From the NCBI RefSeq assembly GCF_008831285.2, contig NC_045138.2:2170001-2234000 (forward strand): a stretch of 64,000 nucleotides of DNA, read 5' to 3'. The notes below the pieces were generated by a model. It was not told the origin of the DNA, did no database searches, and saw nothing but the letters and a program-made list of their open reading frames with translations. Each line of letters opens with the position of its first letter. Position 1 is the stretch's first letter. The translations under genes were made by a program, and so were the position numbers. Origin of the DNA: Nymphaea colorata (taxonomy: Eukaryota). This document shows positions 50,776 through 63,550 of the stretch, in pieces.

Positions 50776-53260
50776 TTTAGTGTCTGCATGCAATTGCATG
50801 GTATACTATGGCCACCACTTGGTATGTATTTTTATGAAAACTTTTCTTTTTATCAGCATAAATTTTCTGTGCTGCAAAAAGAAAACACCAATATGCAAGT
50901 TGAAGCACAATAGAAGCATCTGATTGAAACATCAAAAATAACACTAAACCCTGGAGGATGGGAGGAAAGAGAAAAGCTTCAGCCTTCACTCAACATTGGA
51001 AATTGCCTCCTGCTCACCCAAAAAACTTTCCCTTCCCATGTACTACAGAATTTGACATTGCATACAAATGCCATTTCTTTTGCTCTCCATCATCAATGTA
51101 CAATTGGTTTCTTTTGAGAATCTATCAAGAAATTAAAAGCTGCATGTAATCAATGTTCGTAGGCATTGCTAGAACCCCCAAGAACCTTTACCAATATGGA
51201 CCACGCGAAAAGGTGGAAGGCGATAGAGGTAGTCGGAATAGTAAAGGTTGCGTACACAGCTTACGTATGCCGTAAGAAGGGAGATGTTTTTATAATTAAA
51301 AAAAAAAACATGTCTTTTGTAGTCATGTCATTTTTTTTATTTCTATTTTTAGTACTTTTGCCATTAACCATAATGGCATATGAACTTTTGTTGTAGTGGA
51401 AGTAAGCTGTTGAAAAGAGGTGGTGGAACTTGATTCCTTGTTTCATGAGGCGGTGCCACCCTTGTAGTGGTAGATGGTGTTCTTGCACTCTAGTCTGGAG
51501 TAGTGCAGCCCAAGCTGTCTGGGGTTTGTATGTGAAGAGAGAGGCAGAGATCTTCTGGTTATTTACTGTCCAACAGGGGAAAAACTCCACTCATCTATCT
51601 TATAAAGACCTGAAATTCCTTTTATCATGGAGGGAGAAAGGGGGGAGGGAGTAAAATAGAAATCTCTTTGATGCCAATCTAATTGCTAGAAAGAGAAAAT
51701 TCTTCCCCTATCGTGCTTAGACATTTATTAAGCATCCAATAAGGAGGGAGGTGGTGGGCATGAGGTGAGATTTGGGTAATTACATAGCAGAGCATCTCAT
51801 AAGGGCCAAAAGATCAACTTCACAGTGTGATCAACGAAAGTAGATGCTATCCAATTACAACAACCAGCGTGCCCGCGGGTTGGATGTGGTAGGCATGGTG
51901 GCTGTTGTAATTGCATAGAATTTGCTTCCATTGTCTGCACTTTCAAGCTGTTCATTTAGTTCTTTTGAGTTGCTTCGCTGTGCAATTTACCAAATGTCAG
52001 CTCATGCCCACCACCTCCCTTCCTATTGATGGTTAATAAATGTCGAAGCAGGATAGGGGAAGAATTTTCTCTCTTTAGATAGAAGATCGGCAAGATAGAG
52101 TCTTCCCCCTTTCCTCTATGAGAATAGAAATTATAGTCTTTAATTTTTCGAACCGAGTAATATGTACAGGCCTATGCACATTTGCATTGTTTGCAAGTTT
52201 CAGTGCATGATAAGTACTCATAAAAGTGGGCTAGGAACCCAATGCAAGTGGGCCAAGGTTACAGTTGGCATGCCTTAAAAGGCTATGCACCAGTATTAAA
52301 AAAATACTTGTAAATTTTAAAAATTTCACTTGTTCTATATAAAATTTTTGAAAAATGATACTGCGAACCTAGTCAAAATTTAAAAACTTTAATTTGGTCC
52401 GCTCAAGAAAATTTTTTGGCTCCGCCCCTGGTATGCACCATGCATGACGGCTTGTAGATAACTCTTTATTTTAATTTACTAGCTCGTCTTCGGGGAGGGA
52501 AAGCATAGGCACACCATTCACAAGACTGGCCTAACTTTCTCTTCCATGGAGGTTGTCAAAATAATTTGTGGTTCTCTTTCACCGCTATTATAAATTGGCA
52601 TTATGATAGCCCACAATTTGTAATTCATTGGTAGATTCCCAACATGCACATATTAGACATTGATGAGGACCATGAGGAGGAAAGAAATGACAATCATATG
52701 AATTGTAAAACTCCCAATATATGAACTTTAGGGAAATGTTTTCATGAGAAAGACAAACCAAGTGGTTTTCATAGTGTATCATGCAAATGACAATGCTAGA
52801 AGCAAAGGAAATGAAAATTGCATGCATGGTAAAATTCTCAGTAGATCAAAATTAGAGAAACATTTTCTTGAAAACAAGAAACCATTTGTAGTGTATAATG
52901 CAATCAGAAACACTACAAATTCACAAAGGAAGTTTGCAATTCCATGCATTGTAAAATGAAACTCAGGGAAACTTTTCCATGAAAACGAGAAACCAAGTGT
53001 ATTTTCATAGTGCAGAATGCAAACAGAAACACTAGAAACAAAACAAATGAAAATTGTGTGCATTGTAAAATTCTCAATATATGAAAATTAGGAAAACATT
53101 TTCATAAAAATATTAAGACAAACCAAGTGGTTTTCATAGTGTATTATGCAAACACAAACACTACTGATATTTTCTTTGACTCGCGGTGAAAGTAAGAAAT
53201 TGAAGGCAACTGGATGCCAACCTAGCACCACTAGAGGAAATGTTTCAGAGCTTTCCAAGG
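50775..53260 (+). ncRNA. Putative long hairpin RNA unit D
   Basis: Inner hairpin 51600-52145 (apex ~51880). The 5' segment 50780-50850 pairs with repeated 3' modules in 52730-53165. Confidence 0.5.
52680..53165. repeat. Four degenerate ~120-bp tandem repeats in the 3' arm (also 56045-56525 and, inverted, 19835-20150)
   Basis: Recurring GAAA..TTTTCATGAAAA..AAACCAAGTG..TTTTCATAGTG..ATGCAAA..CTAGAA.CAAAGGAAATG..TGCATTGTAAAAT. Confidence 0.75.
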
Positions 53261-54448
53261 ACTCACATGTGGAGACATCTCTTTGTAGAAAGACACACCT
53301 TTTAAATGTCTCAAAAAGTAGCCAAAATAAGTTACTTGTGTCTCTTCATCAGTAATGTGCCATTATGCTGACACTAATATGGTTCATGTTACTGGGGACC
53401 TAAAAAAAAAAGTTGTTCAAAAAAATGTACCTTATATGCAAAAAAAAAAACATTCTCATCATTTTCTTTTGTTATTATTTTGAAAAGTAAACATACAGAT
53501 ATATGTAACTTGGTTTAAAATTATTTGGAAAACAAACAATAAATAATTCGCTTGTCAAACACAATCGTCAACCAGTAGGTTTCGTCTTGGCTACCTTGGC
53601 ACAAATTGCGAGAGAAGCTTTGTCTATTTGAATAGTTTTAGTGATCATTCAATTAACTTGTACAACAAAAATAATATCATTATTTTTTAATAAGTAAACC
53701 ATATTAAAAAATTAAAATCAATAATAAATGTATAAGATAAATTGTGTGTATCACGTTGGCACTCTTTGCATCGATTATTTATCAAATTTGGCAGCAACCC
53801 GATCTAATTAGGTCCAATAATATTCTGGTTCATTTAAACAGCATTGGCAGCTGGAATAAAACATTTTGCAAAATTTTGATAAAACAACTTCTTTATAATT
53901 GTTTTCAAGATTACTGCTAAGAAGAAAGTGTTCACATTGTGAAAAGGAATCTAAAGCCTACCTACCACATGTAGGATTTCCTAAGTCACATGGGTACTTC
54001 AGTAAGGCCCACATACCCATGTTGCCATACCACGTACTCAAAGTTGGAACTTGGACACATTTGAGAACCTTTTAAATCAAAACTGCTTAATTTTACTTTG
54101 ATTTAATTTATTTCACATTATTTTTTATTCTATTCTTAGAGTTATTGTTCATTTACATATAATGTTTTTATTTATATCACTTGTTTATTAGAATGTCGCT
54201 CTTATTTTGATTTTTTTTGTATTATTTTTCTTATAAACATAAATATATCATGTGTATCTCCGTACCCATATCTTTTAAAGTTACCATGTCCATATCTCCG
54301 TACCCGTATCCAAACAGGACTCGTACCCATGTGACTTAGCTTTTGGCCTGTTGGAACTGAACATAAACTGTATCTGCTCAGCTGCACCCATTATTTACAA
54401 AAGTTAATTAAATAATAACTAGAAATATATAAAATATTGTAAAAGAGA

Positions 54449-57400
54449 CAGTGAATTAGAAAGGTCCGCTGAGAGAAGAAAGTAAGAAGATGATGGCGAA
54501 GAAAGTGAATGACTTTAGTGTCTGCATGCAATTGCATGGTATACTATGGAAACCACTTGGTATGTATTTTTATGAAAACTTTTCTTTTTATCGGCACAAA
54601 TTTTCTGTGCTGCAAAAAGAAAACACTGATATGCAAGTTGAAGCATAGTAGAAGAATCACCTCGAAACATCAAAAATAGCACTAAACCCTGGAGGATAGG
54701 AGGAAAGATGAAAGCTTCAGCCTTCACTCAACATTTGAAATTGCCTCCTGCTCACCCAAAAACCATTCCCTTCCCATGCACTACAGAATTTTACATTGCA
54801 TACAAATGCCTTTTCTTTTGCTCTCCATCATCAATGTACAATTTGTTTCTTTTGAGAATCTATCAAGAAATTACAAGCTGCATGTAATCAATGTTCGCAG
54901 GCATTGCTAGAACCCCCGAGAACGTTTACCTATACAGACCACGCGAAAAGGTGGAAGGCGATAGAGGTAGTCGGAGTAGTAAAGGTTGCGTGCACAGCTT
55001 ACGAATGCCGTAAGAAGGGAGATGTTTTTATAATTAAAAAAAAAAGCATGTCTTTTGTAGTCATGTCACTTTTTTTTATTTATATTTTTAGTACTTTTGC
55101 CATTAACTATAATGGCATATGAACTTGTAGTGGAAGTAAGCTGTTGAAAAGAGGTGGTGGAACTTGATTCCTTGTTTCATGAGGCAGTGCCACCCTTGTA
55201 GTGGCAGATGGTGTTCTTGCACTCTAGTCTGTAGTAGTGCAGCCCATGCTGTCTGGGGTTTGTATGTGAAGAGAAAGGCAGAGATCTTCTGGTTATTTAC
55301 TGTCCAACAGAAGAAAAACTCCACTCATCCATCTTATAAAGACCTGAAATTTCTTCTATCATGGAGGGAGAAAAGGGGGGGGGGGGAGTAGCATAGAAAT
55401 CTCTTTGATGCCAATCTAATTGATAGAGAGAGAAAATTCTTCCCCTATCCTGCTTAGACATTTATTAACCATCCAATAAGTAGGGAGATGGTGGGCATGA
55501 GCTGAGATTTGGATAATTACAAAGCAGAGCATCTCATAAGGACCAAAAGATCAACTTCACAGTGCGATCAACGAAAGCAAATGCTTTCCAATTACAACAA
55601 CCACCATGCCCGCGGAAGGGATGTGGTGGGCATGGCTGTTGTAATTTGCATAGAATTTGTTTCCATTGTCTGCACTTTCAAGCTGTTCATTTAGTTCTTT
55701 TGAGTTGCTTCACTGTGCAATTAACCAAATGTCAGCTCATGCGCACCACCTCCCTCCCTATTGGATGCTTAATAAATGTCGAAGCAGGATAGGGGAAGAA
55801 TTTTCTCTCTTTAGATAGAAGATTGGCAAGACATAGTCTTTCCCCCTTCCTCTATGAGAAAAGAAATTATAGTCTTTAATTTTTCGAACCTGGCCTAACT
55901 TTCTCTTCCATGGAGGTTGTCAAAATATTTTGTGGTTCTCTTTCACCGCTATTATAAATTTGCTTTATGATAACCCACAGTTTGTAATTCATTGGTAGAT
56001 GCCCAACATGCACATATTGGACATTGATTAGGACCATGAGGAGCAAAGAAATGACAATCATATGAGTTGCAAAACTCCCAATATATGAACATTAGAGAAA
56101 TGTTTTCATGAGAGACAAACCAAGATGTTTTCATAGCGTATCATGCAAATAACAATGCTAGAAGCAAAGGAAATGGCGATTGCATGCAACATAAAATTCT
56201 CAGTAGATGAAAATTATGGAAACATTTTCATGTAAACAAGAAATCAAGTGGTTTTCGTAGTGTATAATGCAATCAGAAACACTACAAATTAACAAAGAAA
56301 ATGGACATTCCATGCATCGTAAAATGAAACTCAGGGAAACTTTTCCATGAAAACGAGAAACCTAGTGATTTTCATAGTGCACAACAGAAACACTAGAAAC
56401 AAAGGAAATGAAAATTGTGTGCATTGTCAAATCCTCAATATATGAAAATTAGGAACATATTTTCATAAAAATATTAAGACAAGCCAAGTGGTTTTCATAG
56501 TGTATTCTGCAAACACAAACACTACTGATATTTTCTTTGACTCACGGTAAAAGTAAGAAATTGAAGGCAACTGGATGCCAACGTAGCACCACTAGAGGAA
56601 ATGTCTCAGGGCATTCCAAGGACTCACATGTGGAGACATCTCTTTGTAGAAAGACACACCTTTTAAATGTCTCAAAAAGTAGCCAAAATCAAGTTACTTG
56701 TGTCTCTTCATCAGTAATGTGCCATTAGGCTGACACTAATATGGTTCATAGTATTGGGTGCCTAAAAAAAATGTTGTTCCAAAAAATATAACTTATATGC
56801 AAAAAAAAAACATCCTCTTTATTTTATTTTGTTATTATTTTGAAAAGTAAACATACAGATATATGTAACTTGGTTTAAAATTATTTGGAAAACAAACAAT
56901 AAATAATTCGCTTGTCAAACACAATCGTCCACCAGTAGGTTTGACTTGGCTAGCTTGGTACAGATTGTGAGAGAAGGTTCGTCTATTTGAATAGATTTAG
57001 TGATCATTCAATTAACTTGTACAACAAAAATAATATTATTATTTTCTAATAGACAAACCATATTAAAAATTAAAATCAATAATAAATATATAAGATAAAT
57101 TGTGTGTATCCCGTTGACGCTCTTTGCATCGATTATTTATCAAATTTGGCAGCAACCCGATCTAATTACGACCAATAATATTCAGGTTCATTTAAACAGC
57201 ATTGGCAGCTGAAATAAAACATTTGGCAAAATTTTGATCAAACAACTTCTTTATAATTGTTTTCAAGACTACTGCTAAGAAGAAAGTGTTCATATTGAGA
57301 AAATGAATCTAAAGCCTACCTACCACATGTAGGATTTACCTTTTGCTTTTGGTTGTCTATTCAGCCTACCTTGTCTCCTACTTTTGGCCTAAGTCACATG

Positions 57401-57830
57401 GGTACTTCAGTAAGCCCACGTACCCATGTTGCCGTACCATGTACCCAAAGTTGGAACTTGGACACATTTGAAAACCTTTTAAATCTAAACTGCTTAATTT
57501 TACTTTGATTTAATTTTTTTTCACATTATATTGTTCATTAACATATAATGTTTTTATTTACATCACCTGCTTACTAAAATGTTGCTTTTATTTTCATTTT
57601 TTTGTATCATTTTGCACATAAACATAAATATATCATGTGTATCCCCATACCCACATCTTTTAAAGTTATCATGTCCATATCTCCGTACCCATATCCAAAC
57701 AGGACTGGTACCCATGTGACTTAGCTTTTGGCCTGTTGGAACTGAAACTGTATCTGCTCAGCTGCACCCATTCTTTACAAAAGTTAATTAAATAACAACT
57801 AGAAATATATAAAAACATTGTACCATAAGA
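54449..57830 (+). ncRNA. Putative long hairpin RNA unit E, a recent tandem duplicate of unit D
   Basis: Colinear with 50711-54440. Begins inside the DEFL 5'UTR (ATG 54493, MAKKV). Inner hairpin at 55333-55880. Confidence 0.5.
57389..57724. mobile_element. hAT-type MITE; copies at the equivalent site at 53981-54339 and 18979-19343, related partial copy at ~36165-36520
   Basis: TIRs CTAAGTCACATGGGTAC / GTACCCATGTGACTTAG and 8-bp TSD CTTTTGGC (57381-57388, 57725-57732). Confidence 0.9.
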
Positions 57831-60224
57831 TTAAATGTAAAACAATCTCCTCAAGGGCATACTTGGAAATAAGAAGTTTGAAGTTCTAAATAATTTTTAA
57901 GTTGGCTGAAGCTTTGTTCAATATACTAAAGTTCAAATATTGCTTCTTGTGAAAATACGTTGTTCCCATTCAACCATAAATTTTCAAATTCAATTGTAAG
58001 AATCTTACTGTAACTCTACAACACATTTTCTTCAACAATCATATATGTCAAACTGAATTTAAACAAAAATCAATTAGGAAAATGAGATGAACACAACAGT
58101 TGACATATGCAAATGACCCACACTACATCCTCGAAAGAGATTGACTTACAATAATTGCCAGTGCTGCAACCCCAGTCATGCTGTTACTTGAAATGCAAAA
58201 GGCATATCGTGCAATTGAGAGGAAAAAGAAAGCAAAATAACATGGCAACATTCATGAGAATATAAATGCAGTCAGCACAAATCACAAGACAATATGTTTA
58301 GATACCCTATCGAAGACTGATATCATAGTCACAAAAAGTGCTTTTTTTCAAAAAAAAAACATGATAAATTAAATTACTGTTTAAAACTAAAAAAGCACAT
58401 TTTTTGAAAAAAACATGTTTTTTCACTTTTTTCATTTCCTTCATTTCTTTCATTTTTTAATTCCCAACAGTTGTTTTCTCATTTTCTATTTTTGATTTGT
58501 TGCAGATCTACCTATCTTTTGTTTTTTGCGTTATTAGTTTCTCACTTATTTTATTTTTTCTAATTTTTATTTTTTAAATTTTTAAAAAATTAAGTATTTT
58601 TATCATTTTTTTCAAGCTCATCATATTATACTCGAGAAAAACCTCGCTGTTTGGAACTCCAAAATGTTATATGTGACTATGATTGATATATACAATCTGT
58701 TGATTCTCTTGATCTTCAACACCAAGTCTCTGCAAAGTATACCTTCCAAAGTATAAGCAAGATAACAAAACAATCCTCATAACACCAAAAAAATGAAATA
58801 CATGAGAGAGAGAGAGAGAGATCCATCATTTTAAGAGTGAAAGATTAGAAAATGCAGAGAAGAATGCACATGTACGTACAAAAAAATTAATCCAAGGGAT
58901 ACAACTCTCTTAGACTTATATCTAGGTTTGTTCTTGTTAAAGAACGTCAACTTCATTTGATGCAAAATGGGGAATCCTTGCTCCGTGGGACAAAGAGCAC
59001 AAGTGGTTCTTGCAAAACAAGAAGCATTCTGGGTGCCAGAATCAGCTACTAATGATTTCAAATAACAAAACAAGCATTCAATTGGCAGTGCCTCAGAGTA
59101 TTTGAGTTTTATTGTTTTCCTTAAGCATTGCAATGTTTTATAAGGAAATTGAGGAGGGACATATAGCTATATATATATATATATATACACATGATATCAA
59201 CATACAAACTTATGGTGCATTCCTAAAGGCTTCTTTAGAAACTTTTTGTTTGTCACAGGTGGCTCTCTTAAAAACACTTGATATATCGGTGTGTGTTTCT
59301 AACATATTAAGAAATAAAATGTTAAGAGTTTCAAATAAGAGTAGACATTCAACTAGGTACCTGATGGGTATAAAGTTGATGGTCAGGCCAGACCTGATAA
59401 CTAAATGGGCCAGACTTGGGCTGCCGCCAAATGCTTTGAGCCAGCCTGAACCCGACTTTGTCGAGCCTTGGGCCATGTCAGCCAGGCCTGATGCCAGGCC
59501 TTACCCCCATCCCTCCTAGGTACTAGGCATGCTGTCAGTGCATCGGGGTGATGCTCCACTATATTTCAACTTACATATCAAGCCCGCCCAACCCTTACCC
59601 TTCCTTCCTTCCTTTCTTTTGGCAGTATAGGGAGTGTTGATCCTACGAATAGAAGCTAGCTGCCTACTGGCCCCCACCTAGTCTGTTGTGCCAATCCCTT
59701 AAGGATTCATGTAATACTAATTCATTTTTTTTCCAAAATAATGCACATTTTTTAGAATCATTAATTTGTGTTAACCTTGACAATATGAAGAAGATATTTC
59801 AATCTCACCAGTACTTTTGTTGGAACAATAAAAAAAATATTTCACTGTAATTGTCTGCTTCAATTGTGGTATATATCACATGCAGGTTGGAAGTCAAGTA
59901 AATAGTTTGAATTCAGCAGGAATGCATTCATTTTCTTTACTAAAGGTCCCATACCCAAATCCTAACATGGATTTATTGGATTTGGATGTCTGTGGCAATT
60001 GGATATGTATTGCATTTGGCAAGAAAAAATGTTGATCTGATGTATCTTTTTATCAATTCCCACTAATTGATTTCGGATTTAAAATCCAATTATGTGAAAT
60101 TGGATTGTATCTGAATCATTGACATCCTACCTCAGACCGCCAAAACTGGCACATGAAGGTTTCCATGGTAAGTACAATCCATTTAGAGGAAAATAGAGTA
60201 GTTTATGCATTAGGGATGGATTCT

Positions 60225-60900
60225 TTGGAAATCAACGTTATTTGAACCTGCCGGAATCGGGCCGATTTGAGCCGAATCAGTGGCAAATTTATTTGTTTGA
60301 TTGAATGACTGATCCTCTCTTATTATGTTTTGAATATTTTAATATATTTTTGGATTAAATCTCAATCTTTTATTAAAAAAAGATTTGAGGAACTTAATTG
60401 GCCGATTCTATTCAAGGCACTGGTACCCGATCCATGATCTGATCCAATTCAGCCTCTATCTTAAAATAGGTCCATTCAGATAATTGGGTACCAATATATA
60501 GGATCCAAATACCATATATATAAGAACACAGTCCATTTGTGAGCAAATATTCACACCGCGATGCGGATGGGGCCCATATACTGGATCACAGACTACTGCA
60601 GCGACCCAATCATGACATCCTTTATTTTGAAATTTAATGAAAGATAAGAAAAAATATAGCAGCAGAAACCAAGATATGTGTGAATTTAATTAAACATCAT
60701 TTATTTCCTAAAAAACATAGCTTATACATGGAAGTAAATAGAAAAAATAATTTCTCCAAATAGGATAAATAGCAGCACTGAGGTATCGAAAACCACAGTG
60801 AATTGGAAAGGTCTGATGAGAAAGAAATGAAGTAGAAGACGATGCCGAGGAAGCTGGTCGCCCTTTAAGTGTACGATTTTAAGCAATTAAGTTCTTCTAA
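60225..60900 (+). pseudogene. Copy F of the DEFL promoter, 5'UTR and crippled exon 1
   Basis: GATAAATAGCAGCAC at 60764. ATG at 60842 reads MPRKLVAL*, with the stop at the same codon as copy C. 60418-60570 aligns with the reverse complement of 38400-38545. Confidence 0.85.
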
Positions 60901-61154
60901 TAAGTCTTTCATAGAGCAGGTTTGAATATGAATAACAAAAGCCCGTAGCCAACCCAACCTTTTTGTCACCATCATCTTTCATTCAGTTGCTACAAGGCGG
61001 GAATCTGACCACCTCTTTTTTAGAAAAAAGCTGAAACACAATCTGTGGTTAGCTAGACAGCTGATTCACACCCTACAAACTAAGCAAATAGCTTCCTGCA
61101 CCCTCTGCCATTGCATATATATATATATATATATATATGTCTCCATTCTATTCA

Positions 61155-63550
61155 TTTCGTCTTGTTCAGACATTTCCTCTGGTAATACGTGGGCAATGTA
61201 TTTAAACAAAAAAAGCTTAGTCCTTTTTGTGTTGCATGATATACTATCAAAACCACTTGGTATGCCTTTTTTATGAAATATTTTTTCTTTATTGGTGTCA
61301 ACTCTTTATGCTGTAAAAAAGCCGATACTAGCGTATAAGTTAAAACATGATAAGAGTATCACCTTGAGGTACCAAAAGTAGCTGGACCCTAGGAGCATGG
61401 GGGCAGACATTAGCCTTCACTTTGGTGATGGGAATAGCCTCTTGTTCTCCCCACAGGTGCCTTTTGCAAATAAATCAAGAAACTAAATACCGCATGTAAT
61501 CAATATTGTTAGTCGGCATTGCTACCAATATTAATAAGAAAGTAGAACTTCATAGCTTGTTTTATGAGGTGGTTCCACCCTTGTAGTGCCTGACGGCAGT
61601 TTCTAGTCTGGAGCAGCGCAGCCCATACTGACTAGTCTGTGTATGTTGAGAGAGGTGGAGGTCTTCTGGCTATTTACTGTCCAGCGGGAGCAAACTCTTC
61701 ACTTATCCATCTACTGGGTAGGAAACTACCATAATTTCTTCCATCGTAGAGAAAGAGGGAGGAGGAGAGAGAAACAAACACATCTTTGTCTTGTCAATCT
61801 ACCATCTAAAGTGAGCAAATTCTTCACTTATCAGAGCAACCGAAAGACCAGTTTGATAATGCGGTCTACAGAAGCAGATGCTATCAGATTACAACAACCA
61901 CCAACATGGTGGTTGTTCTAATTTCATAAGATCTGCTTCTCTTGGCCACACTGTAGAGCTGGTCTTTTGGTTCTTTTGAGTTGTTCCTCTATGAAATTAA
62001 CCAAACGTCAGTCCATGCCCGCCCACTCCTTCCTGTTGGTAGGCGAAGGAAAAATTTTCTCTCTAGATGATAGTAGATTGGCAAGACAGGGGCTCTCCTA
62101 TATAGTAGAAGAAAATTATGCCTCTTAATTTCCTATGTAGTAGGTAGATAAGTGAAGAGTTTTCTCCGGCTGGGCAGTAGTAAAAGAGGCACAAGACCTC
62201 TGCCCCTCTCTCTCTGTCACTACATACAGAGGGGTGAAACCAGAAATTTCCTCCTGTAGTATGTGGGCAATTGTCTGCCTTCATTTTTCTTATCTTCATA
62301 ATGAGTCAGAGAAAATGACTTCATTGCTTGGATTGCTTGATAGACTATGAAAACTACTTGGTATGTTTTTCTATTAAAACTTTTTATTTTAGTGAAGTCA
62401 ATTATCTGTTATGTTAAGAAACATTGATATACAAGTTAAAGCATAACATAACTATTACTTCGAGAACGAGAAGCAGCTAGACCCTGGGGGATGGCTGAAG
62501 ACTTCAGCCTTTACTAAGGCGGACCGAACAGCTTCTTGCTCATCCAATGGGTGCCCTTTGAGAATAAACCAATGTTAGTCAGCATTGCTAGAACCCCAAA
62601 AAACCTCTAGCAATAATAAGAAACAAATGGGCCTAAACAAAACAGTGGAAGGTGATGGAGGTAGTCGGAGTGAGATGCCGCAAAAAGGTGGCAGGACTTC
62701 ATCGCTTGTTTCATGTAGTGCCTGACGGTGCTCACGCTCTAGTCTAGAGCAGCACTCCCCATGCTGACTGGGGTGTGTATATGTTCAGGGAGGTGAAGGT
62801 CTTCTGCGTATTTACTATGCACCGTATGGGATCCATTCATTTCACTTATCCATCTGTTGGGTAGGAGAAATCATGGCTTTTAATTGCCTAGCTGGTACAT
62901 AGATCAGTGAAGACTTTTCTTCCATTGGATAGTAAATAGCCACGAGACTTCTGCATCTTTCTCTATCACTAGATACCAGCATGGGCCGCACTACCTCCAG
63001 AATAGAGGGCGATGACACCACCAGAGCGGTGCCGCCTCATGAAACATGCAGTGAAGTCCCACCATCTTTTTGCAGCTGCTCACTATGACTGCCTCCATCA
63101 ACTCTATCAAGGCAAAAATTTCAAGCTTATATAGGCCCTTGAGAAGGGGAATCATAGGCACACCATCCACAAGCCTGGCCTGCCTTTCCGTTCCATAGAG
63201 GCTGTCAAAATGTTTTCTTGATTTTCTTTCACCATTGTTACAAGTTTTCATTGTGATAACACACAATTTTTAATTTCTCGATTGATTCCCAAGAGGCAAA
63301 CATTAGACATTGTTGGGGATCATGAAATGCAAAGGAAATGGGAATTGTATGCATTGTAAAATTCTCCTTACATGAAAATTAGGGAAACATTTTCATGAAA
63401 AAGACAAACCAAGTGGTTTTCATATTGTTATCATGCAAACACAAACATTACTAGAGATATTTTTCTTGACTCATTGTACTGAATGTAGGAAAGCGAAGGC
63501 AAATGGACACCAACATAGCACCAGAGGAAATGTCCGAACAAGAGAGGGCT
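61155..63550 (+). ncRNA. Putative long hairpin RNA unit F: outer stem with two inner hairpins, 61637-62229 and 62651-63102
   Basis: TCTTGTTCAGACATTTCCTCTGGT (61160) pairs with ACCAGAGGAAATGTCCGAACAAGA (63520). The inner hairpins are paralogous to 44385-44965 and 45275-45750. Confidence 0.55.

Noticed and set aside
50950..50980. GGATGGGAGGAAAGAGAAAAG as a miR482/2118 trigger site; I also looked for miR2275 sites
   Set aside because: There are multiple seed mismatches and the site is not conserved among units. I saw no miR2275-complementary site.
61155..63550. Hairpin units as TIR transposons
   Set aside because: No TSDs or transposase were seen, pairing extends to the apices, and flanks and nested MITEs are shared between copies, which points to segmental duplication. 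An ancestral TE origin of the arms is not excluded.
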